DNA of 64,000 nt, taken from assembly GCA_010405405.1 (NCBI GenBank), contig MU004235.1:758538-822537 (forward strand). Reading direction: 5' to 3'. The first letter of the stretch is position 1. Each line of letters begins with the position of its first letter. The notes below the pieces were generated by a model. The model was given only the letters and a program-made list of their open reading frames with translations, was not told the origin of the DNA and did no database searches. A program made the translations under genes and the position numbers. The DNA comes from Microthyrium microscopicum (Eukaryota). This document shows positions 1 to 13,289 of this stretch, in pieces.

Positions 1-2556
1 CTATTGTGCATGCTTCTTGGAGCAATAGCACGGCGGCCTTGGCGAATACGCGGATCAGGATTGCTGTCCATGGCTCTGTGAGTAGTGCGCCGGCATTGAG
101 TGTCGGATGGAAGTTTTTGAGTGCGCCGTCTTCGCGTGGTGTGGCGCAACGTGCTAGATCAGAGACCATGTGTGCGTTATGTCGGCGTAGACAGCGCACG
201 AATGCTGTGCTGGTGCGCATATGCGCGTGCTGTGGATCGCCGAGACCAGCGGCGTCTATGGCAGCGATGACATCTGCGAGGAGTAGGGTGGCAAGGTGCC
301 AGTGGGCAGTAACGCAGATGTACCAGGTTTGTATACGGGGGTGGAGATGGTCGTGGTTAGTTATACAGTCTTGCACGAATGGCTCATACATGTTTTTCCA
401 ATGGTCATATATGCGGCGTGCATCGGTGATGGCGTCTTCAATTTTGCGGCATTCGGAACCACGGCTGAATAGGCTTTGGAGGAGGGTGACTTTGCGGTAG
501 AGAAGGACTTTTATGGGGGCAGCATCTGTAAGGGCGGCAGCGGCTTGGTCGTAGGTGCATGGGTAGCGTGGTTGGACACCGCGTCGGTTGGAGCGCTCTT
601 GGAGGAAGAAGTAGTCGTTCCAGAGTCGTGAGCCGGATGGTGTCTTGGGTGCTGTTTCGTCGGCGGAGAGGTTGAGGGCTTGGATGGATTCGGGTAGTAC
701 GTCACAGTCGTCATCGGCTACCACGAGAGGCCGCTGGTGCATAGCTGATGTGAGGGATTCGAGCATGTAGCCAAGCCATGCCATGAGGTCGACGGTCGCG
801 CGATCTTCAGAACTGAGAAGCGGTGTTGTGGGAATACCGCAGTCATTCATAGTCTTTGACTCACGCTCCCGGCGTTGTAATTTGTGTCGTAGCGAGTGCA
901 TGTTACGGACTCCCTGTTCGAGATAGATGGGTGGGCCATCCTCTTCAATGATTGCGTCTATTTGCTCTTCGAGGCTGTCGAAGTTGAAAGGATCGCTGGG
1001 GTTTGTGAATGGAGGCGTTGATCCGCGTCTTATTTCTGCTTGTTGTTCGGCACTCATAGGCTTTTGTATCAGTGAGAAAACAATGCAGGCGAATGCAACT
1101 TTGAATGACTCCATGTCTGCGCAGTCTACCAGCGCCTGTCTTGCATCATACCACATCTTTTCCTGCATTCTGCGGTCGTATTCCGGATGTGACGAACCAG
1201 CCTCGTCGGCTACGTGTGCGGCCGCACTTCTTCCAACCATCGATGGATGTTCTTCTCTGCTCCTTCTACTGCCTTGGGCCCATTGTGTTCCAAAGGCAAG
1301 TATCACCAAGTACAAAGCTTTCGAAGCCGCCTCCCCTTCTCGAACCGTAAGCGGTCGATTCCTTAACTTGCCTGCTGTGCGATCGAGAGCGTTGACGCGA
1401 TGGAATATTCGGTTCGGCCAATCTTTAGACCATGCTTGCTGCAGTGCCTGATTTGTGCTATCTCCCGGTCCATTTGTGATTGCTTTCATTCGATAAGGAC
1501 AGGTTCTTTCGTTGAGCCAACATGACAAGGCATTCTCCATGCTGTCGTGATAAATCTTCATCAAGCTTTTATCGATTAACTGTTTATTAGCGGTCGCTGC
1601 CAAAAGCTCGGATTGCGAAAAGTGAGAAAGATCAACATTGCATTGAAATGACTGGAAATCGAGCTGGTCCGGTTCTTCTTCGTTTGTGTCGGTGTCATAC
1701 GTTAGTAATCGTTTTTTGGTGTACAAGTATGATATGTCTGTTGCCAAGTCACTTGTCATTGATGATTGCGATCCTGCATAAGGTGGTTGAGGATATAAAA
1801 GCGACTGTGGAAGAAATGGAGGAACGGCATTTGGAAGCAATGAATGTCCGTACTGATCGTTCATGAGAGCTAAGTCTTGTTCTGGCGGCGGAACGGAATA
1901 GACTTCGCTGGTGGATGGAATGTCGAAGAAAAATTGGGGTTGGTATTGACCATTGCTGCCAGGAGTTGCTTTGACAGAATCATCGCTTGATTGGGAGTAC
2001 GAGGAGGCTGAGCCTTCCCGAAATGAATCTGGGGTTTCGACTTTTTGTTTCTTGGTCGGCCTGAAGGGTTCCTGGGGATTGTTGTCTTTCTGAGGTTTTG
2101 ATATTGGCTCATGGGATTTGAGCCATTCGAAGGTGCAGTTCTTTTTGGTCTTGGTGCAATAAGTGCAAGGTCCTGGAGTTTGCTGGGATTGCAGCCCTGT
2201 CATTGATACTGATTAGTTCTCAAGGCTCATGTTCCTTAGAGTATTGTGCAACAGCATTTAGCATTGCTACTTCACTTACCAGTATCCGAGCTGTCATATT
2301 GTGCTTCTAGAGAGTTTGCGTCTTCCTCCTTGACTTGCTGATCGCGCAGGACGACAGCGTCGCATCTTCGCTTGCCTTTCCGACATTGATCACAGCTACG
2401 ATTCTGTCGGCGAATAGGACCATTGCCGTTTTCTCGTACGGCACTGGTATTGGCTTGCTGCAAAGAAACAGTCGATGCGCCAGCAGTGTTGATTATCGCA
2501 GTATTCAAAGTGGAGGTTGGGTCAAACACAGAATAAGCAAAGCTGGCGCTTTCCAT
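1..2556 (-). CDS. alcR: Zn(II)2Cys6 transcription factor, AlcR-like (3' end outside window)
   Basis: ATG 2556; RRQNRSCDQCRKGKRRCDA, intron 2279-2197, then CTYCTKTKKNCTFEWL; downstream YHDSMENALSCWL and WHCHLATLLLAD blocks resemble Aspergillus AlcR. Confidence 0.85.
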
Positions 2557-4900
2557 GATTTTGGCGCGAAGGCGCGGGTCCGCAGGTGTGTTAGTAAAGA
2601 AAGGGGCAATGCGCAGTCGAGGTTGATGAGTGATCAAAGGCGCAATGAAAGGATAATAATATGTTGGTTGTCAGACGACAATGATGAGACGAGAGATGCG
2701 ATGCAGACAGATACCGGTAGACAGTAGAACCTACTAAGATTAGACTAGAATCCCCGCAGAAAGGGTTTGCCTCTTAGTCTTGATGTCGTTTTGAGTCTTG
2801 CCGCTCTCCACATCATACATGCATGCCATCCAATTCCAATGCACCGCACCGTGGGACCCTTGGCCAGATGCGGGGGAGATGGCAGCTTTGGGCGAGCTTT
2901 CTAGACGGTAGTCGCTACTCATGCAGATATTGGTTCCGCCGCCGCGCATTCATTTCACTTGACGGAAACGATGGATAACGGAACCTAGACTCAATCCAGT
3001 ATCATGGCAGAATGAAATTGATCGAATTGAACTACGGCAGGGCTCGCAATTGGTTGTGCGCCGGGAGAGCCGCGCGTGACTTTGGAAACCATTATGCTTT
3101 AGTGATGCTAAGAGTTTTGGGAAGGGGAGCTTATTCGGGGCAACGGGCGACGTCCTGCACTGTGGTTGTGTGGTTGTCTTGGCTCAAGTTGTGCTGTCTG
3201 CTCTCTGGGTGCATGTGGTGTATGGTTAATCGCGCCAGTTGGCCAAATTGTGCAGGCCATAGATGATAGTGCGCATCGCTACATCGCTGCGTCGCTGCAG
3301 TGCTGTACTGAAGAGAAGAGAGAAGAATAATGAGATGGTGGTAGGTCAGGGCGCAAAGTATCCACTATGATCGCTACTGCCTTTGCTCCACACTTCAACC
3401 ACCATCCGACCTTCCAAGCCATCCAATCTGCTTTAAACCTTTAACCGTTTGAGCAATATCGAGGACAAGCACTTTGATAACCACCACCGCCATCTGCAAC
3501 GACTACAATTCGATAGAGCAACGACAACTCAATATAATAGACTCGGATCGAGTCAAGCCCGAGACGATGTCTTGGCTTCCTGACTCTGGCTAGGTAGCTA
3601 AACAAGGGAATTTCTCGATTAGACTTTGCTTCGGACTACTACTACCTAGAGTATTAGGTTTTCAGGAGCGGTCTGCAAACAGGCCAAGAAACTAGCCATT
3701 TAGGCTTTTCAAAAACTAGTTGACATGCAGAAAGAATATTCGAGAAAACCAGGGTCGACTGGGTCAGTGGGTACTAGAGTTCACACTGACAGCCAGGACA
3801 ACAGGCCAATAATGATAGCTTGGGTCGCAGTTGATTTATGTGGCCAGGATTAAGTCAACGGATTGACCGTGTCGTGAAAACTTGTCTATCAAGCGCATTA
3901 CTGGCGATGGCGACAGTGGACATGAAGCACTTGATCGTACCTCCCAGAACACAATAGTTTGCATATATCATAGTCGATCATTGGTTTATGCGAAGAATAA
4001 CATTTTGCTTGTCCATTGGCAACCTATCGCGCTCAAGATGCCACAACTGATGAAAGCATATCTATCTAACTGTGTACATTGTACACAAATATAAAAGCTT
4101 TTTGTTCTTTGTAACTGGTCTTTTTTACTATGTAGTATCAGTGGATTCTGACGGTGAAAGTAACCAATCTTTGACGTCTTTCCTACTTTAGTGCCAGCAC
4201 ATATCAAATACAACAGTACTCTATGGACCATAAGCTATCTTTGCACAATTTCCGTCCAACTCTAATATAGAAGATGAACTCTATACCATTGCAGAAAGTT
4301 TCACGCCTGTGTCATGCTATTCGATACTTAGATTATTACTTGACAATGTAAGGGCATGGCAAGTTTGAGGGTGCTCTCATCATTTATTTTGCTTTTTGCT
4401 TTTTGCTTCACATTGCGACTATCAATAAGCAAGTATACGTTCGTCAGAATATTCCCCTGACACATACGATAGTATATTTACCAGGTTGGAACCTTAACCA
4501 TTTTTAAATGATCAAGATCTTCCCCCACGCAACTCTCCAAGGGTTGTCAAGTTTGTCAAGTTTGTCATTCTCATTCTTCAAGATGCCAGCGAAGACGCTA
4601 ATCGAAATGGAGAAGCAGCATACTGATTCAGCTTTTGCGCTAGCCATCTTCAGTTTAGCTTTGTATTCTAAATTCAACGGCTACATTGTTTTTTATGTTT
4701 TCAACCGTGAAAATTCCCTAATTGGGGTCACGATAATTTGATTCGTGATTTTTGATCTGCAGCATTTAGAGAAAAGATGCTGCACACGGAGCGCAATGTA
4801 TCGCTCTACATCCACATTAAAATATACAGCTCTATTTATACACCGGCTCCAGAATTTCACACCATTATAAAATATGTCGTAAGAGAAATTTGTGATCCGC

Positions 4901-7900
4901 TTACACGCCAGAGTCCAAGACGGTGACCTGGTTCGCGTTTGCGAAAGTCTTCCAGGCAGCACAGGTGCCCGTAAGAGAGCACGAGTCTGATACTCCGCCA
5001 CCTGACACAATCTGGCTTTGCATTTCAACGAACTGCAGCGCGAAGCCCATGGATGTATGCTGTGAGTTGTTAGTTTGAGACTCAAAAATAGGACGATTGA
5101 GGAACTTACCCATCCAATGTGGCAATGAGCTAGCCAGACACCTGGGTTGTCGGTCACGAAGGCAATGACAACGTAACCTGCAGTGGGCATGAGCACAGTG
5201 TCTCTACGTGGAGGATTGACCAAGTTCAGAACTGTGCTTGAGCTATAGGTGCCAGCGCCAGATGCCAGGATCAAGAAATCGTGACCGTGGAGATGGATGG
5301 GATGTGGCAGAGGGATTGGCGATTCGATGATTACGTAGACCCATTGATCCTTCGTGGGAAGAGGCAGAAGGAGTGAGCCAGAGTAGTTGGTGGTCACGTT
5401 GTTCTCGGCGATCTCGTAAAGAGTTGGGTCGTCGTACTGCGAGAAGAAGGTTTGTCCGTTGAGGTACCACTTGAAAAGACTGGCTTGGTTGGCGGCCTGT
5501 TCAGCGCAGTTAGATTTCAGTACTTGGAGAGTGTTTCTAGTAGACTTACAATGACGACGGTCAGAGGACCTTCAGTAATGTCAGCTGTACCAGCATTCTT
5601 TGCAACATAAGGAACGAGAGAAGCCAAAGGCTCGTCGATACAAGCATCAGTGTAGTTGAAGCCAGTGGTGGTTGGAGTTCCTGTAGAGTTGAGTCCAGCA
5701 TAATTGAAGACAGCCTTGATGTCGCGGTTCTGGATGGTGTGAGCGCAAGACTCTTGGTTGTCAGCACGAAGCCAGTAGGAGCCCGCGGTCTGGTTAGCAT
5801 GGATGATGATATCATAACGCTGACCAATGTTGATGTTCAAGATGTTGGTGGTATATGGAACAATGGGCACCAGATCGTTGGCGATAACGTCGAAGGAATG
5901 TCCATCAAGAGAGAACTTGTATGTAGATTGAATGGCAACATTGACAAGTCTCAAACGGTAGGATTTGCCTTGTTGGATGTTATTGAAGGTAAGACGAGTT
6001 CCAGAAATTGCAGTTGCGTTGGTAGCTCCGCTGACACCATTATCCCATACGTTTTGGCCGTTGAGAAGACCTGTATCCATAGTTTGAGGTCCGCCGAAAG
6101 TGGCTCCGGTGGCAGGATTGGTGGTGGCATTTTGAGCCATATCATACATGCTGTCAACAGTGCGGTGAGTCCAATCTTGAATCATAAGTGGGCCAAGATC
6201 TTCATCGTAGGCTTTGGTGGACGGGCCGTCAATAACAATTGGACCGAAAACACCTTCCCAAGTTTGAATGGCAAAATGACTGTGATACCATGAGGAGCCG
6301 TATTGCTCAGCGACCCAAGTATAGGTCATGGAAGATCCAGGGGCAATTGGGCATTGAGTGATTGATGGAACACCGTCCATCATATTGTTATTGAGTTGTC
6401 GGATTCCGTGGAAATGGATGCTGGTTCCGTTCTTCGAAGTAGTCAGTTTGTTGTTTACTGTCACAACAACGGTATCACCCCAGCTAGCCTCGATAGTTGG
6501 GCCTGGCATTTGACCATTGACAACCATTGCGAAGCGTGGGACGCCATCTGGGCTGAGCTTGGTTTCGGTGATATCAAAGTTGTAGTGAACAACCTTGCAA
6601 GTCTTTGGTGGTGCCGTAGTATAATAGTCAGTGGCGATGGTCAAGCCGCAGTACTTGTCAGTTCCTGGTTGTCCTTGGCAAGGAGTACAATTAGGAAGCG
6701 TGCTGGCGCTTGGAGCCGCAGAGCTAACACAGGTCGCCGCACTGCTGGAGGAGGATGACGACGAAACTGTTGAAGAGCTTGCTATCGAGCTTGATGATGA
6801 TGCTGGGAAGCATGAGATATCGTAGAAGAGATATGGACTCGCGGCATTAGCGTTGAAGTTGCCAGCAACAGCAGCTGTGTAAGTAAGACACTCTGTGCCA
6901 CTACCACCGAAAGCGAATGACAGACATGACTGGGTTCTGCAGATAGCAGCACAGCTGGCAGTATCGGCAACGGTTCCACTGTAGTATGCTGCGGCAGGAT
7001 TTCCAGCATCGTACCCAGGTAATCCACAGGATGCGCTGACGGATGGAACTGCTGAGCTCAAGGTAGCCGATGATGTGATTGAAACCGATGAGGCGAGGCT
7101 GGAGGAGACTGGCGCGCTGGAGGAAACTGGTGTACTGGAGGACGCTGGAACCGACGAAGACGCGCTGGAGGAAACTGGGGCAGATGATGAAGCCTTGCTG
7201 GACACTGATGCACTCGACGAGGCAGGTACTGATGAGGACGCCTTGCTGGACGACACTGGCGCGCTTGATGATACAGGTGTCGATGATGACGCCTTGCTTG
7301 AAGACACTGCTGCACTGGATGAAACAGGTGCTGATGATGACGCCTTGCTAGATGAGACTGGTGCACTGGATGATGCTGGCACTGACGACGACGCTTTGCT
7401 GGATGATGCTGGCACGGACGACGACGCTTTGCTGGATGAAACCGGTACTGACGATGATGCCTTGCTAGAAGATACTGGTGTGCTCGATGGGACCGACGAG
7501 GGTGCCTTGCTGGATGATGCTGGAACAGAGGATGATGCTTTGCTCGAGGTCACTGGCGCAGACGATGTTGGCTTCACAGACGACGATGTCTTTACTGACG
7601 AAGAGGATGGGGCGCGGGTAGAGGAGCTAACTTTAACGCTCGACGAGCTGCTCACTCCGCAAGTGCCAAAGGTCGATTGGCAACCAGTTCCGCAAGAAGC
7701 GGCGTCTGAGCCACACGTGCCAGCCTGTTTATTGTTAGTTGATAGCTCTTGTTAGGGCATGCGGCATTTTGAAGTCTCGTAAGACATGGAACGACGAAGG
7801 AGCTGCACCAACATCTCCGATTTGATATGCACTGAGTGGGATAGATAACGTACCTTGCTACAGCAGTTACCAAAACCACTTCCTTCGCAGTTTGGCCCGA

Positions 7901-8514
7901 TTCCAAAAGAACCGCCGCATTTGCCATTGGAGCTACAGATACGTTAGCCAGATCGATTGGAAGACACACCCGATAAATATATTTCGCTTCCGAAGTATGA
8001 GGCGACGCAGGCTACACGCTAGAATCGTTATCCACTTCAATGTTGTATCAATCCTCGACCATTGATACCTTGTCCACAACTTCGAGGAGAGTAACAGCAT
8101 TCATAAAATAACTCAAAGACAAGACACGTACCTGACGGTTTGTAGGAAGCCAATATCAGGGCAGTATCCGAAAGATTCCTGGCAACCTAGAAATAGAGTC
8201 AATTGTCATGTCAAGAGAGCATAAAACAAAGCCTTGAAAACCACAGGAAACAAAGTTTCAAGAACTTTCAATTCTTTTCGTGGGCCAAACCAAGGTGAGC
8301 AATCTTGAGATTGATAGCACTTACCAGTACCGCAGTAACTAGAGCCAGTACCACAAAAGCCGAACGCTGAGCAACATTGACCTGAAGCGCACTTGGCGCC
8401 GAATGCGAGAAAACCACAAGTAGAGCCACGCTCTTCGAGTGACACTAGATTACTTGGGGCTGCGAGAACGCTGCCCACCCGTAGGAGGACAAAAGCTGCG
8501 AGGCTAAACCTCAT
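4901..8514 (-). CDS. Secreted multicopper oxidase (laccase, AA1) with two N-terminal CBM18/hevein chitin-binding domains and a Ser-rich linker
   Basis: Signal peptide MRFSLAAFVLL; exons 8514-8325, 8186-8132, 7932-7854 and 7724-~5549 join in frame, followed by two more exons to TAA 4901; copper motifs IHFHG, WYHSHF, HPIHLHGH, HCHIGWH. Confidence 0.92.
7080..7560 (-). repeat. Degenerate coding tandem repeat, ~33 bp (SSSKASSSVPA units), in the laccase linker
   Basis: Recurring gacgacgacgctttgctggatgatgctggcac-like units; the Asp-rich antisense ORF is its shadow. Confidence 0.8.
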
Positions 8515-10479
8515 TGTGAGTTTGATATACTGATCAGATAAACGAGTGACTGAAAAGTTGGTAAATTAAAACGACTAAAAATTTAAAGAAAGACTGAAGT
8601 GAATGACATCCAAACGAGTGTGATGTTTTGAGGAAAAGCGACGATGAATTTCGCAAAGCAAAGGAACCTCGAGCGAGAGAAAGGTCTTAAGGTATGTGAA
8701 CGTTCAAGTCCTACCGTAGCCAGCCTGATTCCACAGTTCGCCAAAAACAACGCCACGACAGACACGGTCGGAAGTGGCGTTCTGTATCCCTTTAGTTTGG
8801 TGGAGGTGAGCCAAACTGTCAAGAGTCAAGACTTAAGACTGGAAGCAAGAGCATGGTTGTAGGATATCCACAATAAGGGAGGTTCTCGATAATAATGGTA
8901 ATGATTACACGCACACAAGAATCCTCTAACTGTGATGGTAATTCAGAGTCAGACAAAGAGGATTGACCGGACCCCGTAGACTTCTTCCATAGTGTGTTCG
9001 TGATTTCACCATGACTGCTATCATGAAGTCAATTGTGCACCACAGTTGTTCGGGGCTCAAAAGTACACAAGCACTGGTCCAGCAGCGATGTATATCTCGG
9101 TAGTCACTACTTCCTAGGACTTGAACTCGTCTCAAGTCGGGAAGTTCTCGTAGTTTTACTTGCCTAGAATCCAAGATATTCTTAGATCTGTCAACGTCAA
9201 TATTGAACGGTAGAGGATAACAGTGGACGAATGATAACACAAACGACCTCCTTGCGAAAGGGGAAGTCTAAGAGGCTTGGCAGGTACCACCCCCAGAAAC
9301 CGGTCGAAAAGCACGCCAATCCAAGAATGAAAGTCGATCGACAAGGCTGATGCTTGCTTAGAGGAGTTCTGGAGCGAATAGGAGAGAATAGCTTTGCGAT
9401 TGAGCACGGAGAATTTTGTGGTGGCGTAAGGTCTGTCAACCCCTGCAAGCAAACAAAGCAAGGAGAAGTTGACTCCTGTTGAACAACCGTGGCGGCTTAA
9501 AGATCACAACCATCCCTCTGTCTTTGGCGCGTCGTGAAATGTTCAACGGATTCTTGGATTTCGTGGTCAGCATCATGCACGCTGATTTTGAACATACGGA
9601 TAATAGACAAAGTGCCTAGTAGAAGGAGCCGCACCGCAAGTATTACACTGGCGTATAGCTTCACTGTGCCTGAGAGTACCGGGTAACCGAGACCGGTTGG
9701 CATCGAATGGTATTATGGTACGGGTAATGGTAGCTTTCCAAGCTTCCAAGTTTGGTGATAGGTAGTATTTGGCAAGTCTTGAGCTGGCCTGGAGTCCTGG
9801 ACGTGTTCGTCTCACTTTAGCACCGCACTTCCCCACATGATTCCCATGGCATACGGTAGTCACATCAGTGATTAATCGCTCTGGAGCGCTGAGCGTGTAC
9901 TGGTACTGGATCCACTTGGGATGGGAATCGACTTTTTGCTTGTTCAAAGTGTTACAAACATTCAACTGGTATCATAGGTTATGATCGATGAGCATTATTA
10001 AGGGCAGCACCCATATCCCGATCATTATCATAATCATAATGCTGCACTTGCGCTGACTCCTGAGAAACCATGCATGATGCACTGGCCCACTTTAAAATGT
10101 TGCATCATGCCATCAACGGTCCACAATTCGCATGACAGGTCGCAGTGTAATTGAGGATTCAGCATAATTTCTAACGCAAGCATGAGGTTCCATAAAATTC
10201 ATGTTGTAGCTGCTTCGCAGTGTGACGGTGTGATAGAAACATCTGTCAAATTTCAATGGGATCACCACATGAAGTGTGCTGAAGTAAACAAGAGTCCAGA
10301 TCCAGATCCCGATAATCAAGATTCGAGACGATCTTTTAACTCTACTCACGCGTGCAAGGCTAAGTTCCTCGGCTTTTCTAGCGTGATTCTAGAGTGTCAA
10401 ACTCGCGGAAGTTCTGGATTGGCGCGAGGCTTGGTCCTTTTCCAAGGGTCCTTTCACATCCACAACTTTACACCGTCAA

Positions 10480-11150
10480 GCCTCACCGTTCCCTAGAAGA
10501 GCTCGGCCACGCGCCTCCTGTGAGTCCTGTCAGATGGTCACCTTTTCGACCGTTAGTCCCATTGGTTGTCGACATCGTTCGTGACTCGTTCTGGCCCCCT
10601 GGGCTCGTGGTCCTCAAAGTCAAAGACCCGAAGCTTTGATATTCTCCTTGTGAAACATTCTGCGCCGGCTCGCAGTCTGGAGGGTCGGCAGCTGAAATCT
10701 TTAATAAGCTAAAGTTTGATAACCCCTTCGGCGTTTTATAAAGCTTACCAAACAACTTTAAGCTTGTAATAGCAAACGTTACTTATCAAGGAATAGCTAA
10801 TCCACTTTCGATCCACTTCCCGTTAGGAAAATATACGGAACTTAAGGAACCAAGCAGTTTTGAGGCTTAAATCTATTATATAGCGCTAATGGATTACGTT
10901 AGCGCTATATAAGTACCATTGTTTTTTGAGTAACACCTTACTTGATCAGGCGACGGATCAGGTTCTTATTATTACGGATCCGGGTTGCCGACCCTCCAGA
11001 GTAATCTGATATTCCAAGATAACAGCGGCTAGATAATTCTGGAACCGAATCGTTACGCGAAGATCAAGTTGTAAGGCGTCGGAGTAGGCTCCGCGCGGCT
11101 GATTGACTTACCGCAGAAGCTAGAACTATTACCATCAACTCTACCAAGAG
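10480..11150 (-). pseudogene. Possible RIP-mutated gene or repeat relic
   Basis: TpA-rich, CpA/TpG-poor patch with broken frames and residual splice-like signals; identity unknown. Confidence 0.3.
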
Positions 11151-12049
11151 CTGAAATAAGGTGATAGACTGATGTTCAATACGTCACGCAAACTCTTCTT
11201 TTCAACATTGTTAGTTTTTTCTAAAAGGCCTTGGTAAGGTTTTTGAACCAACATATCAACAAAATCAACTGCAAACTAAGGAAATACATCAGGAATCCAG
11301 GAAGCACATGACAAGTCAGTTGTGTGCTGCGTGGGTTGATAGTATAATAAGGAGAAGCATCAAAGTATTGTCAGATTCTTCTTCTGATAATGTGCTTCTA
11401 ATGATGGAATGGTTCGTCTTTCTACCCATTGATACTCTACTGTCTGGTATCTAGTATTGGCCAGAAACCAAAGGTGCATATATGAAACCCTCTGCGGACA
11501 ATGGGTCGGGGAAAGCAACGAGACTGAGGTGCTTTTAGTATTTTGACACATACACAAAGAGTCAAAGCAGCTGTCATACATAGAAAGCGTTGCGCATCTG
11601 ACCCTGTGCATTCTTTCTGCTTCTGCAGCAGCGCCAGATGATGAAAAGTATTTCATACGAGGAACATTACCACGACGGTTAGAACCATGATCAATCACGT
11701 TCAACTGTCGGAAGCATAGCAGCGTTTGGTCACATAGAAGGCATGATGATGGTGGTATATTCCCCGAGGTGGAAAGTCGGCGCTCTTTTTGACGTTTGGC
11801 GGCACAAACAACCACCTTTCCTAAAGCCTTTTGGCGTTTTATCGAATTCGGATATCATTACCTGGCAGCCTGCACCAGATCAAGATTTCATATCACATAT
11901 TGTCCATTCAATTGACTGCGATACCAAAGACATATGAGAAGCTTCCAAAGTGGGGATTTGTCCCAACAAGCGCTGCATGTACACTGTATTCATAACTCCT
12001 GCGGAAATATACAAAGAAGACAATCGGAGCAGAACTCGTATGGAAGAAT

Positions 12050-12580
12050 CTATGCAGAAGCACCAGCTTTCTCGGGAACTGCATCCTCACTCTCCGCGGA
12101 CGCGCCCTTGGGTCTCGCAAGAATCTCGATGCTGCCTGTAATCCGCTTAGTACTTGCAACCTATGTCGATATTCGGAGAGATACATACGCTGCACCAAGC
12201 TCAAGTTGGACTTCTTTTGGCCCTCAGCATCGTCGTATGAAGACATGCGCGCATCTGCATCCAAATGGATCAGTGTTCTACACCCCGTCAGCATAAGCAT
12301 TTCTTCCACTGGTTATCATGTCCTACCCCTTTTGTAGCGAGAGCAGAAAGTCTCGGGCGCCGCCTTCCGCAAAGCTGGCAACACGGAACCAGCTGGTCTT
12401 GCGATCGTCTGATGGTCCATAGCTCGATGCGACAACGTAGCGAACAAGTTCTTTGCCGGTGCTGGTGGCGACGAGCTCGGGTTCAGCGCCTAGGCGGCCG
12501 ATGACTTGCATGCGCGCGAGGTTCGGACGAGGGGTTGTGCTGAAGGCGCGGCGAAACATTGGGCGCATCATTGTGGTCAT
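12050..12580 (-). CDS. RIM1: Mitochondrial single-stranded DNA-binding protein
   Basis: Presequence MFRRAFSTTPR, then ARMQVIGRLGAEPE...TSWFRVASF; two introns; TAG at 12050. Confidence 0.9.
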
Positions 12581-13289
12581 TGTGATGGAGAAGGTTTAAT
12601 GGAAGAGGTAGTTGATGATTGATAAAGTTGCAATGGGGTGTCGTTGAGAATTGTATAAACGCGAGGGAAAGGAGATGCGCAGAGTCGCGTATGCGTGTCG
12701 CATGTGGTGTCAACCGCGATTGCATCAGGCAGCAAGGCAACTTTGGCCTAAATTATGTCGCGACTGTATGGCCAATCAGAAGCTGTGAATGCCGATTCTC
12801 AGATCTCATATGATTTCGAGATAGTGTTTGAGGTTTTCACCATTTCCATCGAATATTGAAGGCAATTGATCGTTTCTCGAGCTTGCGAGTCCATTTCCAG
12901 TCTCTGTCAACCAGACTGATTCTTTTCTGCAACACGTGTATACAAAGGTGTCGTCCAGAGTGAGAACTCAGAACTGTCAAAACTGGAACTGCACAGCTGC
13001 AATCCCTAAGCGAGCAACCATCGCAACGGCCTCTCCTTGTCCGGCAGGGCCCTAAAGCGAAGCGGAGGGTTGAATTATACTCAAGAACACTACTTAACAT
13101 AAGGTTTAGGATACATTCAAAGCACCTGGCCTCTCCGGCCTGAGGAGGCTTGTAGGGCCGAACATTTAGAAAATACTACATAAAAGCGGCCGCCAGCCAA
13201 CAAAGTCATGGGAGCTCGTCTTTCATGTGTTCAACACCAAGACATACAGTACCTCATGTTTGTATTCTAAGAAATATGTAGAAGACGAC

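Noticed and set aside
7075..7755. 226-aa Asp-rich ORF on + strand
   Set aside because: Antisense shadow of the Ser-rich laccase linker.
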